Shown here in pieces: positions 39,222 through 49,117 of a DNA stretch of 64,000 bases. The stretch lies in contig NZ_LT906450.1 in assembly GCF_900187265.1 (NCBI RefSeq), forward strand, positions 981,444-1,045,443, written 5' to 3'. Under the pieces are notes generated by a model that had not been told where the DNA came from, ran no database searches, and was given only the letters and a program-made list of their open reading frames with translations. Every line of letters starts with the position of its first letter. Position 1 is the stretch's first letter. The DNA comes from Rhodococcus rhodochrous (GTDB lineage: Bacteria; Actinomycetota; Actinomycetes; Mycobacteriales; Mycobacteriaceae). Both the position numbers and the translations under genes were made by a program.

Positions 39222-41069
39222 TCAGTACTTCTCGATGAGTGTGAGTGCAGCCGTCATGAGCGCGAGGTGGCCCAGTCCCTGGGGGAGATTGCCGAGGAAG
39301 GTACCGTCCTCGGCGATCATCTCCGAGTACAGGCCCACGTCGTTGGCGAGCGGTACGAGTTCGCCCATCAGTTCGGTGGCTTCGTCGGTCCGTCCCGTCT
39401 CGGCCAGTGCGGCGACCATCCAGTACGCGCAGGCGACGAACGTCCCTTCCTCCTTGTCGGCACCGCTGTACCGGTAGAGCAGCGGTCCGCGGCCGAGTTC
39501 CCGTCGCAGGGCATCGCAGGTGGCCTGCATGCGCGGACCCCGGTCGTACCCGCCGACGGCTCCGAGCAGGACGGACGCGTCCAGGCGATCGGTGCCGGGA
39601 TAGGCGGTGTAGCAACCCTGTTCGTCCGACCAGCAGTTCTCCTCGATCCAGTCGCGGATGAGATCGCGTTCGCGTCGCCAGCGATCCGCCGTTCCCGGGA
39701 TCTGCCCGACCTCGGCGAGGTGGACGGCGCGGTCGAGCGCGTGCCAGCAACTCATCTTCGAGTTGGTGTAGTGCTCGCGTTCGAGCAGTTCCCAGATGCC
39801 GTGATCGGCCTGCTGCCAGACATCGCAGGTGTGGTCGGCGATGCGGGCGAGCAGACGCGCGGTCGCGATGTCGAGCACGTAACCCTCACTGCTGTAGAGG
39901 GTCACGATCTCGAACAGGTCGCCGTAGATCCCGAGCTGCAATTGGCCTGCGGCCCTGTTCCCCTCGACCACCGGGCCGATTCCGCGCCAACCCGGAACGT
40001 CCAGTCGCCGTTCGTCGTCGGGCGTTCCGCCGTCGAGCCGGGTGAACACCTCCGCATCGGCGCCCTGATCGCGCACCACGCGGAGCAACCAGCTCATCGC
40101 GGCGTGCACCTCCTCGCGATCGCCGAGACGGATCAGCGCGTGCAGGGTGTAGGCGGCGTCGCGCACCCATGCGAAACGGTAGTCCCAGTTCTTCTCGCCG
40201 TCCGGGTTCTCCGGAACGGACGTCGTCGCCGCCGCGGCGATCGCGCCCGATCGGTTCTGCAGCAGTTTCAGTGCGAGCGCGCTCCGGATCACCGCGTCGG
40301 CCCAGGGGCCGTCGTAGTGCAGGAGCGTCGACCACTGCTTCCATCGGTCGACGGTGCGGTCGATGTTGGCATCGATCGCGTCGGCGTCGGGCAACGGCAG
40401 GGGCTCGTTCTCCGTCGACAGCACGGCGATCAGGTGCCGGGACCCGGCCGAGGTGGTGAAACCGCCACCGATCGAGCGGTGCTCGACCACGGGTTCACCC
40501 GTGCCGGACGTGCGCACCCCGATGCTCACGGTGCCCACCCGCAGGACAGGGCCGTGCTGGGTCCGGTCGCACCAGGGCTGGTACCGGCCCAGTCCGGTGC
40601 CGGGCGCGACCGTCCAGCGCATCGCGACCTCGCCGTCCAGACCTTCGACGCGGCGGGCGAGCTCACCCCAGGGCAACCGCCCGGCGACACCCGTATCGAT
40701 CGAGTCGGTCACCCGGACCCGGCCCTGTGCGGTGGTGAAGACGGTGCTCAGCACGTTCGTGCCCGGCACGTATGCGCGTTCGACGGTGAACTCGTCGACC
40801 GGCCGCAGTTCGACGGAACCGCCCGCCGGTGCATCGAGCAGTCGCGCGAAGACGGGGTGCGAGTCGAGGTGCGGTACCGGATACCAGTCCACCGACCCGT
40901 CCTCGGCGACGAGGGCGACGGTGTCGCCGTCGCCCAGTGCGGCATAGGAGCGCAGGTCCGCGTAGCCGTCGTCGTCGCGGGCTGGGATCACACGCACTCC
41001 TCGCTGGGCCGGGTACACGGCGGTCGATCGGTTGCATACCCCGGCCGGGTCGGGGCAAACGACCTGCAC
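39222..41069 (-). CDS. Glycoside hydrolase family 15 protein (glucoamylase/trehalase-like)
   Basis: Motifs NWDYRFAWVRDAAYT and LPQGLGHLAL, and a paralog of the 58011-59813 gene. The 5' end is uncertain and may start at an internal GTG. Confidence 0.8.
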   Translation of the reverse strand: MQVVCPDPAGVCNRSTAVYPAQRGVRVIPARDDDGYADLRSYAALGDGDTVALVAEDGSVDWYPVPHLDSHPVFARLLDAPAGGSVELRPVDEFTVERAYVPGTNVLSTVFTTAQGRVRVTDSIDTGVAGRLPWGELARRVEGLDGEVAMRWTVAPGTGLGRYQPWCDRTQHGPVLRVGTVSIGVRTSGTGEPVVEHRSIGGGFTTSAGSRHLIAVLSTENEPLPLPDADAIDANIDRTVDRWKQWSTLLHYDGPWADAVIRSALALKLLQNRSGAIAAAATTSVPENPDGEKNWDYRFAWVRDAAYTLHALIRLGDREEVHAAMSWLLRVVRDQGADAEVFTRLDGGTPDDERRLDVPGWRGIGPVVEGNRAAGQLQLGIYGDLFEIVTLYSSEGYVLDIATARLLARIADHTCDVWQQADHGIWELLEREHYTNSKMSCWHALDRAVHLAEVGQIPGTADRWRRERDLIRDWIEENCWSDEQGCYTAYPGTDRLDASVLLGAVGGYDRGPRMQATCDALRRELGRGPLLYRYSGADKEEGTFVACAYWMVAALAETGRTDEATELMGELVPLANDVGLYSEMIAEDGTFLGNLPQGLGHLALMTAALTLIEKY

Positions 41070-41141
41070 GTTCGCGACGGCCGACCGCCGGCTGTGTCAC
41101 CATCACACCGTGAACCGGACGCCTGGCACGGTGCCGTCGCG

Positions 41142-42809
41142 ATGAACGGCGCGTGGATCCTGCTGGTCGTCATCGCCGGGATCGCGGTGACCGCCGTCGC
41201 GTCGCGCCGCGACCTGCAGGCCCCGCTCGTGCTCGTCACCGTCGGAGCGCTGGTGTCGTTCGTGCCGGGCCTGCCGAGGCTCGAACTGGATCCGGAGATC
41301 ATCCTCGGGGTCGTCCTGCCGCCGCTGCTGTATTCGTCGGCCCTGCGGTTCTCGGTTCCCACCTTCCGGCAGTACCTGCCGTCGATCCTGCGGCTCGGCA
41401 TCTACGCCGTGCTCGTCACGGCGTTCGTCGTGGCGTGGACGGCATCCGCGATGATGGCGGCGCTGACCTTCGGTGCGGCGCTCGCTCTCGGCGCCGTCGT
41501 CGCACCGACCGATGCGGTCAGTGCCGTCGCCGTGGGCCAGCGACTCGGACTGCCGAAACGGGTCATCGCGGTGCTGACCGGGGAAGGGCTGGTCAACGAC
41601 GCCACCGCACTGACCCTGTTCACCGTGGCGATCTCGGCCGTCACGGGCACACACATCCTCGCCGATTCGCCGTTCCTGTTCTTCGTCTACGAGGTCGCGG
41701 GTGGCATCGCCGTCGGTCTGGTGCTCGCGTACGCCGTCCACCTGATCCGTGCCCGGATGTACGACTCGCCGCTCGAGACCGTGCTCGGGCTGGTGCTGCC
41801 GTTCGCGGCCTATCTCGCCGCCGAGGAGATCCACGCCTCGGGAGTGCTCGCCGTCGTCGCCGCCGGACTGTTCATCGGGCACCGGGCCACCGAGGTCTCG
41901 GTGAGCACGCGACTGCAGGAACGCGCGGTGTGGAAGAGCGTCGACGTGGTGCTCGAGACGTTCGTCTTCGCCTACATGGGCCTGCAACTGCGGTTCGTCC
42001 TCGACGAGGTCCGTGACAGCGGCACCGATCTGCGCCTCGCGTTGCTCGGTGCGGTGGTGATCCTGCTCGTCGTCATGATCGTGAGGCCCGCGTGGGGTCT
42101 GCTGCACTGGGGGCGGCGCGCGCTCGTGCGACCCGCCGGATCCGAACGCCTCGGCCGCGACCAGCTGAACTTCCGGGAACACGTCGTGGTGTCGTGGGCG
42201 GGTATGCGCGGGGTCGTCACCCTCGCCGCGGCCGGTGGGGTGCCGGTGGCGATCGCGTCGGGTGCTCCTTTCCCCGGACGCGAGATGATCCAGATCTCCG
42301 CGCTGGTCGTCGCCATCGGCACCCTCCTCATCCAGGGTGCGACGATGCCGTGGCTCATCCGCCGACTCGACGTCACCGACCCCTACGAGCGGCTGCGGAC
42401 CGAGGAACAGATGGCGGTGGCCCGCAGGATCTCGGCCGAGTCGAGCGATCGGGTGCTCACCGAACTCGCCACGCATCCACCCGAGGGCGTGGACCCGGAG
42501 ATCTACGACAAACTTCTGGCCAAGGCGCGCAAGTCGCTCCGGTCCCGGCAGGAGGCGGAGACCGTCGAGGACACGGCGGAGGACGCCGGAACGCGACTGG
42601 CCGCGCTGTTCGACGACATCCGGCGGGCGTCCCTGCAGGCGCGACGCCAGGCCCTCATCGACGCCCGCGACCGCGGTGAACTCGACGACGAGATCCTCCG
42701 CGACGTGCTCGAGAGCCTGGACATCGACGAAGCAGCGGTGGAGGAGCGCATCCGCCGCCGGCGTCGGGACGACGGTGCCCGAGGTCGGGACGACGATGTG
42801 CAACGGTAG
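41142..42809 (+). CDS. Na+/H+ antiporter (CPA1/NhaP type)
   Basis: 555 aa with 10-12 TM segments, the GEGLVNDATAL motif and a cytoplasmic tail. It is the real part of the long 39147-42809 ORF. Confidence 0.85.
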   Translation: MNGAWILLVVIAGIAVTAVASRRDLQAPLVLVTVGALVSFVPGLPRLELDPEIILGVVLPPLLYSSALRFSVPTFRQYLPSILRLGIYAVLVTAFVVAWTASAMMAALTFGAALALGAVVAPTDAVSAVAVGQRLGLPKRVIAVLTGEGLVNDATALTLFTVAISAVTGTHILADSPFLFFVYEVAGGIAVGLVLAYAVHLIRARMYDSPLETVLGLVLPFAAYLAAEEIHASGVLAVVAAGLFIGHRATEVSVSTRLQERAVWKSVDVVLETFVFAYMGLQLRFVLDEVRDSGTDLRLALLGAVVILLVVMIVRPAWGLLHWGRRALVRPAGSERLGRDQLNFREHVVVSWAGMRGVVTLAAAGGVPVAIASGAPFPGREMIQISALVVAIGTLLIQGATMPWLIRRLDVTDPYERLRTEEQMAVARRISAESSDRVLTELATHPPEGVDPEIYDKLLAKARKSLRSRQEAETVEDTAEDAGTRLAALFDDIRRASLQARRQALIDARDRGELDDEILRDVLESLDIDEAAVEERIRRRRRDDGARGRDDDVQR

Positions 42810-42842
42810 GGACGACAGGGCGCAACGGTAGAATTTCCGCAA

Positions 42843-44378
42843 GTGAACACCCCGCACGGCCCGGAACAGGTGCCGCACGATCCCCGCACCGAAGTCTCCG
42901 TCCGATTCGCTCTCCGGTCGCCTGCTCGTCTGAAGACCGAACTCCTGGCCGGCCTGGTCGTGGCGCTCGCCCTGATCCCGGAGGCCATCGCCTTCTCCGT
43001 GATCGCCGGTGTCGACCCCCGGGTCGGGCTGTTCGCCTCGGTGACCATGGCGATCACCATCGCGATCGTCGGGGGACGGCCCGCGATGATCTCGGCGGCG
43101 ACCGCGGCGGTGGCGCTCGTGATCGCCCCGGTGTCCGAGCAGTACGGGGTGGACCACCTCATCGCGACGGTGATCCTCGGGGGCATCTTCCAGGTGCTGC
43201 TCAGCTTCCTCGGCGTCGCCAAACTCATGCGGTTCGTGCCGCGCAGCGTCATGGTCGGCTTCGTCAATTCGCTCGCGATCCTCGTCTTCGTCGCCCAGAT
43301 CCCGCACCTCGTGGACGTGCCGTGGATGGTCTATCCGCTGGTGGCAGCAGGTCTGCTGGTGCTCGTGTTCCTCCCGAGGATCACCGAGGCCGTGCCGGCT
43401 CCGCTCGTCACGATCGTGCTCCTCACCGTCGTGACGGTGGCCTTCTCGCTGAACGTGCCCGACGTTGCGGACCAGGGTGAACTGCCCGAGAGCCTGCCCT
43501 CGCTCTTCGTCCCGGACGTGCCGATGACCTTCGAGACCCTCCGGATCCTCGCGCCCTACGCGCTCGCGATGGCCCTCGTCGGCCTCATGGAATCGCTGAT
43601 GACGGCCAAACTCGTCGACGACATCACCGACACGCGGTCGGACAAGACCCGCGAGGGCTGGGGTCAGGGCATCGCCAACATCGTGACCGGATTCTTCGGT
43701 GGCATGGGCGGTTGCGCCGTCGTCGGCCAGACCATGATGAACGTGAAGGTCTCCGGGGCGCGGACCCGTCTGTCCACCCTGGCGGCAGGCGTGTTCCTGC
43801 TGATCCTCGTGGTCGCGCTCGGCGACATCGTCGGGCTGGTCCCGATGGCTGCCCTCGTCGCCGTGATGATCATGGTGTCGATCGCGACGATCGACTGGCA
43901 CAGCGTGCATCCGCGGACGCTGCGGCTGATGCCGCTCAGCGAGACCGTCGTCATGGTCGTCACCGTCGTGGCCACGGTGAGCACCGGCAATCTCGCGATC
44001 GGAGTGTCGCTCGGAGTGCTCACGGCGATGGTGCTGTTCGCCCGTCGCGTCGCGCACATGACCACCGTCGAGAAGATCGCCGATGCCGACACCGACGGGG
44101 ACGGAGGAGTGGACACGCGCACCTATCGGGTGACCGGTGAACTGTTCTGGGCGTCGAGCAACGACCTCGTCCACCAGTTCGACTACATCGGCGACCCGGA
44201 GAACGTCGTCATCGACCTCACCGACGCCGACATCTGGGATGCGTCCACCGTCGCCACCTTCGACGCGATCCAGCAGAAGTACGCAGCCAAGGGCAAGACG
44301 GTCACCATCGTCGGACTCGACGGTGCGAGCCTCGAACGCCTCCGCAGGCTCTCCGGCCGACTCGGTGGGGAGAACTGA
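42843..44378 (+). CDS. SulP family anion transporter with a C-terminal STAS domain
   Basis: 511 aa with the Sulfate_transp signature (LVVALALIPEAIAFSVIAGVDP) and a STAS-like tail. GTG start. Confidence 0.85.
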   Translation: MNTPHGPEQVPHDPRTEVSVRFALRSPARLKTELLAGLVVALALIPEAIAFSVIAGVDPRVGLFASVTMAITIAIVGGRPAMISAATAAVALVIAPVSEQYGVDHLIATVILGGIFQVLLSFLGVAKLMRFVPRSVMVGFVNSLAILVFVAQIPHLVDVPWMVYPLVAAGLLVLVFLPRITEAVPAPLVTIVLLTVVTVAFSLNVPDVADQGELPESLPSLFVPDVPMTFETLRILAPYALAMALVGLMESLMTAKLVDDITDTRSDKTREGWGQGIANIVTGFFGGMGGCAVVGQTMMNVKVSGARTRLSTLAAGVFLLILVVALGDIVGLVPMAALVAVMIMVSIATIDWHSVHPRTLRLMPLSETVVMVVTVVATVSTGNLAIGVSLGVLTAMVLFARRVAHMTTVEKIADADTDGDGGVDTRTYRVTGELFWASSNDLVHQFDYIGDPENVVIDLTDADIWDASTVATFDAIQQKYAAKGKTVTIVGLDGASLERLRRLSGRLGGEN

Positions 44379-44424
44379 CCGCGCATACCGGGAGCGGTGG
44401 GTCGATTCGACGTAACGTGAGCGC

Positions 44425-45639
44425 ATGATCGCGATCGAGCTCGCCGCGGTGGTACTGCTCCTGGTGCTGGTCGTGGTCTCGGTGGTGCTGTGGACCCGGC
44501 GGGTGGTCACCACACCCGCCGAACGCGCGGTCCACGCGACCCTGCACACGGCGTCCCTCGCGGCGCGCCCCCTGCGCGCCGGGCTCGACGCGTCGTCGGC
44601 GAAGGAAGCGGCCCCGCACCTGCGGATGCTGTTGGCCGAAGCACGCGCGGTGGCGCTGCTGGACGAGAACGGTGGCCTGCTCGCCTGGGACGGCCCGTTC
44701 GAGGAACTGACGGACGAGATGATCGCCGCCGCGGGCCGGGCCGTCGCAGACAAGCGCCGCGTGCTCGTCGGGCACCACGACCTGCGGCGAGGCCACGGCG
44801 ACCTAGCGGCCCGCGCACTGATCGCCCAGCCGCTCGTCGTGGAGGACATGGGTGTCGCAGGGGTGCTCGGCGTCGTGACGACCGTCGAACCCGGCCCGGC
44901 GCTGCTCGGCGCGATCACCGAGGTGGCGCGGTACGCGTGCAGTCAGATCGAGCTCGCCGAGCTCGATTCCTCCCGTGCCCGGCTCGACCGTGCCGAGGTC
45001 CGCGCGCTGCGCGCCCAGATCAGTCCGCACTTCATCTACAACGCGCTCAACACGGTGGCGTCGTTCGTCCGGACCGACCCCGACCGGGCCCGCGAACTGC
45101 TGCTGGATTTCGCCGATTTCACCCGCTACTCGTTCCGCGCGGCCGGCGAGTACACCCTGCTCGCCGACGAACTGCGTAACATCGACCGGTACCTGACGCT
45201 CGAACGTGCCCGCTTCGGCAATGCCCTCGAGGTGCGCCTGCAGATCGCGCCCGAGGTGCTCAATGTGACGTTGCCCTTCCTCGCTCTGCAACCGCTCGTC
45301 GAGAACGCCGTGCGGCACGGGATCGCGGGCAAGGACACCCGCACGGGCACGATCACCATCACCGCGGCCGACGAGGGCACCGACTGCGTCATCAGCGTCG
45401 AGGACGACGGCATCGGCATGGACCCGGAACTGCTGCGCTCCGGCACGCTCGACGCGATCGCCGAGAGCGACCACGGCAGCGGAGTCCGCGAGTCCGCGCA
45501 CGTGGGCCTCGCCAACGTCGACGACCGGTTGCGGGCGGCCTTCGGCAACGACTACGGCCTCGTCATCGAGACCGCGCCGGGGGCAGGCACCCGGGTGAGC
45601 ATGCGCGTGCCGAAGTTCAGGGCGGGTATCCGGCCGTGA
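44425..45639 (+). CDS. LytS/YehU-family sensor histidine kinase, a short form with one N-terminal TM helix and a GAF-like domain but no 5TMR-LYT domain
   Basis: The His_kinase box SPHFIYNALNT and a HATPase_c domain are present. 404 aa, versus about 560-600 for canonical LytS. Confidence 0.85.
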   Translation: MIAIELAAVVLLLVLVVVSVVLWTRRVVTTPAERAVHATLHTASLAARPLRAGLDASSAKEAAPHLRMLLAEARAVALLDENGGLLAWDGPFEELTDEMIAAAGRAVADKRRVLVGHHDLRRGHGDLAARALIAQPLVVEDMGVAGVLGVVTTVEPGPALLGAITEVARYACSQIELAELDSSRARLDRAEVRALRAQISPHFIYNALNTVASFVRTDPDRARELLLDFADFTRYSFRAAGEYTLLADELRNIDRYLTLERARFGNALEVRLQIAPEVLNVTLPFLALQPLVENAVRHGIAGKDTRTGTITITAADEGTDCVISVEDDGIGMDPELLRSGTLDAIAESDHGSGVRESAHVGLANVDDRLRAAFGNDYGLVIETAPGAGTRVSMRVPKFRAGIRP

Positions 45640-45670
45640 GGAACACCCGGCATGGCACGATGGATTCGCC

Positions 45671-46453
45671 GTGAACGAGATCACAGACAACCTGACCGTG
45701 CTGGCGGTCGACGACGAACCGCCGGCCCTCGACGAGCTGGCCTACCTGCTGCGCGCGCAGGAGGAGATCGGCGTCGTACACACCGCGGGAGACGCGACGA
45801 CCGCTCTGCGTGTGCTGCGCGACGGAGGCATCGACGCGGTCTTCCTCGACATCAACATGCCCGGGCTCGACGGCCTGGAAATCGCGGGCATCCTGCGCAA
45901 TTTCGCGGTGTCCCCGGCCGTGGTGTTCGTGACCGCGCACGACGACCGCGCGGTCTCGGCATTCGACCTCGGCGCCGTCGACTACGTCCTCAAGCCGCTG
46001 CGGGAGGAACGACTCGCCGAAGCGGTCCGGCGGATCGCCGAACGCAGCCGACCCGCCGCGCAGGCGACATCCGAGACCGGCCAGAGCGACGACGTGATCC
46101 CGGTCGAGCTCGGTGGGGTCACCACGCTCGTGCCGCGCTCGTCCGTCCACTGGGTCGAGGCCGAGGGCGACTACGCGCGACTGCACACCGCGACCGGTTC
46201 GCACCTGGTGCGTATCCCGATATCGACGCTCGAGAACCGCTGGGCCGACGCCGGCTTCCTGCGGGTGCACCGCTCCTATCTCGTGGCGTTGCCGCTCGTC
46301 ACCGGTATCCGCAGTGTGGGTTCGGGTCTGGTCGTGTGCCTGCGCGGCGACAGCAACTCCCCGCCCGTCGAACTGCCCGTCAGTCGCCGGCACACGCGGG
46401 AACTCAAGGACCGGCTCATCCGCGGTCCGATGCAGTCGTGGACGTCCCGATGA
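45671..46453 (+). CDS. LytTR-family response regulator
   Basis: Receiver domain (LAVDDEPPAL, FLDINMPGLDGLE) plus a LytTR DNA-binding domain. GTG start. Confidence 0.85.
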   Translation: MNEITDNLTVLAVDDEPPALDELAYLLRAQEEIGVVHTAGDATTALRVLRDGGIDAVFLDINMPGLDGLEIAGILRNFAVSPAVVFVTAHDDRAVSAFDLGAVDYVLKPLREERLAEAVRRIAERSRPAAQATSETGQSDDVIPVELGGVTTLVPRSSVHWVEAEGDYARLHTATGSHLVRIPISTLENRWADAGFLRVHRSYLVALPLVTGIRSVGSGLVVCLRGDSNSPPVELPVSRRHTRELKDRLIRGPMQSWTSR

Positions 46454-46824
46454 GCACCACCGGCGGCCCGCCCCCGCCGCGTCAGAAGGTCGTCCTCGCC
46501 GAACGGCGCGGGGCGCGCATGGTCCGCACCCGGGTCGAGGTGCAGCAGCAGACCGAGGTGGGCGACGCGATGGTGCGCGGGCTGGTCCGGGCTCAGCTCG
46601 GGCTCGCCCTGCGCGTCGCACTGTTCACGGTGTGTCTGCTGGGCGCCGTTCCGGTGCTGTTCCACCTCGCTCCCGGTCTCGCGGCGGTGACGGTCCTCGG
46701 GATCCGCCTGCCGTGGGTGTTGCTCGGTGTGGTCGGTTATCCGATCCTGCTCGGTATCGCGTGGGTGTATCTGCGCCTCGCCGAACGCAACGAGCAGGAT
46801 TTCACCGACCTCACCGACGATTGA
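46450..46824 (+). CDS. DUF485 (YjcH-like) small membrane protein, copy 1
   Basis: The ATG overlaps the response regulator stop (ATGA). 124 aa with 2 TM segments. It is the usual companion of ActP-type symporters. Confidence 0.7.
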   Translation: MSTTGGPPPPRQKVVLAERRGARMVRTRVEVQQQTEVGDAMVRGLVRAQLGLALRVALFTVCLLGAVPVLFHLAPGLAAVTVLGIRLPWVLLGVVGYPILLGIAWVYLRLAERNEQDFTDLTDD

Positions 46825-46830
46825 CGACCC

Positions 46831-48627
46831 ATGAGCGGATCGATTCCCGTCGTCACCGTCGTCGGTCTTGTCGCCGCGGCGATCGCCACCGTCGCGATCG
46901 GTGTGTACGGCGTGCGGATGGCGCGCACCACCTCGGATTTCCTCGTCGCGTCCCGCAGCGTCGGCCCGCGCTGGAACGCCGCGGCCATCTCCGGCGAATA
47001 TCTCTCGGCGGCATCCTTTCTCGGGGTGGCCGGACTCGTGGCGAAGTTCGGTGCCGACGCCCTGTGGTATCCCGTCGGTTTCACGGCCGGTTATCTGGGT
47101 CTGCTGCTGTTCGTCGCTGCGCCGCTGCGACGTTCGGGTGCCTACACCGTCCCGGACTTCGCGGAGTTCCGGCTGGGGGAGAAGTGGCTGCGCACGCTGT
47201 CGATGATGGTCGTGGCGATCATCTGCATCCTGTACCTGGTGCCGCAGTTCCAGGGTGCGGGCCTGACGCTCAACATCCTTCTGGGAGTGCCCGACTGGGT
47301 GGGCGTTGCGGTGGTCGGGGTGATCGTGGTGGCCAACGTGGTCGGCGGCGGGATGCGGTCGATCACATTCGTGCAGGCCTTCCAGTACTGGCTCAAACTC
47401 ACGGCGGTCGCTCTGCCGGCCCTGGTCCTCACGCTGCATTTCGTCGGTGACGCCCGGGGCGTCGACGAACCCGTGCCGCCCACCGTCACCGAGACCACCA
47501 CCGTCGACGTGACGATCGACGTGGTCGTGCAGGTCGCCGAAACGCTTCCCGTCGTGGCGACCGGGGAGATCGACGGCCGGCCGGTCGCGGGTGTCTTCGA
47601 ACTCGAACCGGGGGAGCACGTCCTCGGGGCCGGAACCGAACTGGTCCTCGACGCCGGGTCGCCGGTGCCGGTGGTGGCCGGTGCGCCGACCGACAACGAC
47701 ACCTGGGCGTCGCCGGGAGCCGGGTTGGGGGCCAGCAGCGAACATCCGCTGTTCCAGGTGTATTCGCTGATGCTCGCGACCTTCCTGGGCACGATGGGGC
47801 TGCCCCACGTGCTCGTGCGCTTCTACACCAATCCCGACGGACGGGCGGCGCGCATGACGTCGTTCGCCGTCATCGGCCTGCTCGGGTTGTTCTATCTGTT
47901 CCCCACGCTGCTCGGGGTGTTCGCGCGCCTGTACGTCCCGCAGCTGCTCATCACCGGACGTTCCGATGCGGCAGTGCTGTTGCTGCCGGGATCGGTGCTG
48001 TCGGGTTGGGGTGGGCAGTTGCTCGCGGCGCTGGTCGCCTCGGGTGCGATCGCGGCCTTCCTGTCGACGTCGTCCGGACTGCTGGTGAGTGTCGCGGGTG
48101 TGTTGTCCACGGACGTGTTGCGCGGCCGGGTGCGCGACTTCCGGGTGGCCGCGGTGCTCGCCGGTGTGGTGCCGCTCGTGCTCGCGCTGTCGGTGACCTC
48201 CCTCGACCTGTCGCGTTCGGTCGGGCAGGTCTTCGCGATCGCCGCGTCGACGTTGTGTCCGCTGTTGGTGCTGGGGATCTGGTGGCGTGGCCTCACCGCG
48301 ATCGGTGCCGCGGCGGGGATGGTCGTCGGCGGATTCGTCGCGGGCAGTGCGGCCCTGGCGACCGTGCTGCTGCCGGTCGATCCGTCGGTGGCCTCGGGAT
48401 GGCCGACGGTGCTCTCCGCCTATCCGGCCGCGTTGAGCGTGCCGTTGGCATTCGTCACGATGATCGCGGTGAGTCTGCTGACGCGTCGCCGGATTCCCAG
48501 GGATGTGGGTAGGACGTTCTCCCGCATGCACGTACCCGAGCGGCTCGGCATGGGCCGCGACCGCGAACTCGGCGCGTTCGGTGAACGCGGCCGCGGTCCC
48601 GGGGAGAGTCGCCGTTCGTCGCGGTGA
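46831..48627 (+). CDS. SSS-family solute:Na+ symporter (ActP/cation-acetate symporter-like) with an ~85-aa V/T/P/D/G-rich insertion
   Basis: SSS motifs (DFLVASRSVGPRWNAAAISGEYLSAASFLGVAG, GLPHVLVRFYT). The insertion is clear on alignment with the paralog at 49114. Confidence 0.85.
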   Translation: MSGSIPVVTVVGLVAAAIATVAIGVYGVRMARTTSDFLVASRSVGPRWNAAAISGEYLSAASFLGVAGLVAKFGADALWYPVGFTAGYLGLLLFVAAPLRRSGAYTVPDFAEFRLGEKWLRTLSMMVVAIICILYLVPQFQGAGLTLNILLGVPDWVGVAVVGVIVVANVVGGGMRSITFVQAFQYWLKLTAVALPALVLTLHFVGDARGVDEPVPPTVTETTTVDVTIDVVVQVAETLPVVATGEIDGRPVAGVFELEPGEHVLGAGTELVLDAGSPVPVVAGAPTDNDTWASPGAGLGASSEHPLFQVYSLMLATFLGTMGLPHVLVRFYTNPDGRAARMTSFAVIGLLGLFYLFPTLLGVFARLYVPQLLITGRSDAAVLLLPGSVLSGWGGQLLAALVASGAIAAFLSTSSGLLVSVAGVLSTDVLRGRVRDFRVAAVLAGVVPLVLALSVTSLDLSRSVGQVFAIAASTLCPLLVLGIWWRGLTAIGAAAGMVVGGFVAGSAALATVLLPVDPSVASGWPTVLSAYPAALSVPLAFVTMIAVSLLTRRRIPRDVGRTFSRMHVPERLGMGRDRELGAFGERGRGPGESRRSSR

Positions 48628-48643
48628 CGCGACCGTTCGTCGC

Positions 48644-48690
48644 ACGAGGGCACCCCTCGTCGTTCCGCCTCTTGTCTCCTCTGTTCGTGT
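48644..48690. terminator. Hairpin (ACGAGGG cac CCCTCGT) followed by a T-rich tract downstream of ActP copy 1
   Basis: Read directly from the sequence. Confidence 0.4.
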
Positions 48691-48751
48691 GACAGCCGTC
48701 TCATTAGCGTTGTGATCATCCTCAGCTCACACGACTATCAAGGAGTCGGCA

Positions 48752-49117
48752 GTGACCACAGCACCACTCAGCGAGAGTGGCGTACCCCAGCAGCGGCGGA
48801 TACCGACGCCGCAGGAGTTCGTCACGATGCAGGAGAGCCCGGAGTTCCAGGAACTGCGCAGCCGTCTGCGCCGGTTCGTGTTCCCGGTGACGGCGTTCTT
48901 CCTGGCCTGGTACGCCCTGTACGTCCTGCTGGCCACCTACGCGGACGAGTTCATGGCGACGAAGGTGATCGGCAACATCAACGTCGGGCTGATCCTGGGT
49001 CTCGGCCAGTTCGTCACGACCTTCGTGATCACCGCCGTCTACGTGAAGTTCGCCGGGCGTGAGCTGGATCCGCGTTCGGCCGCGATCCGTGAGGAACTGG
49101 AAGGACCGCAGCAGTGA
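48752..49117 (+). CDS. DUF485 (YjcH-like) small membrane protein, copy 2
   Basis: 121 aa with 2 TM segments. RBS AAGGAG and a GTG start. Its stop overlaps the ActP start (GTGA). Confidence 0.75.
   Translation: MTTAPLSESGVPQQRRIPTPQEFVTMQESPEFQELRSRLRRFVFPVTAFFLAWYALYVLLATYADEFMATKVIGNINVGLILGLGQFVTTFVITAVYVKFAGRELDPRSAAIREELEGPQQ

Noticed and set aside
39147-41141. N-terminal two-thirds of the 1220-aa plus ORF 39147-42809
   Set aside because: Only the C-terminal 555 aa (from ATG 41142) form the NhaP antiporter. The upstream part is antisense to the GH15 gene with no homology.
41103-44918. 1271-aa minus-strand ORF
   Set aside because: It is antisense to the NhaP, SulP and LytS genes, and its His/Asp/Arg/Gly-rich composition is unlike a real protein.
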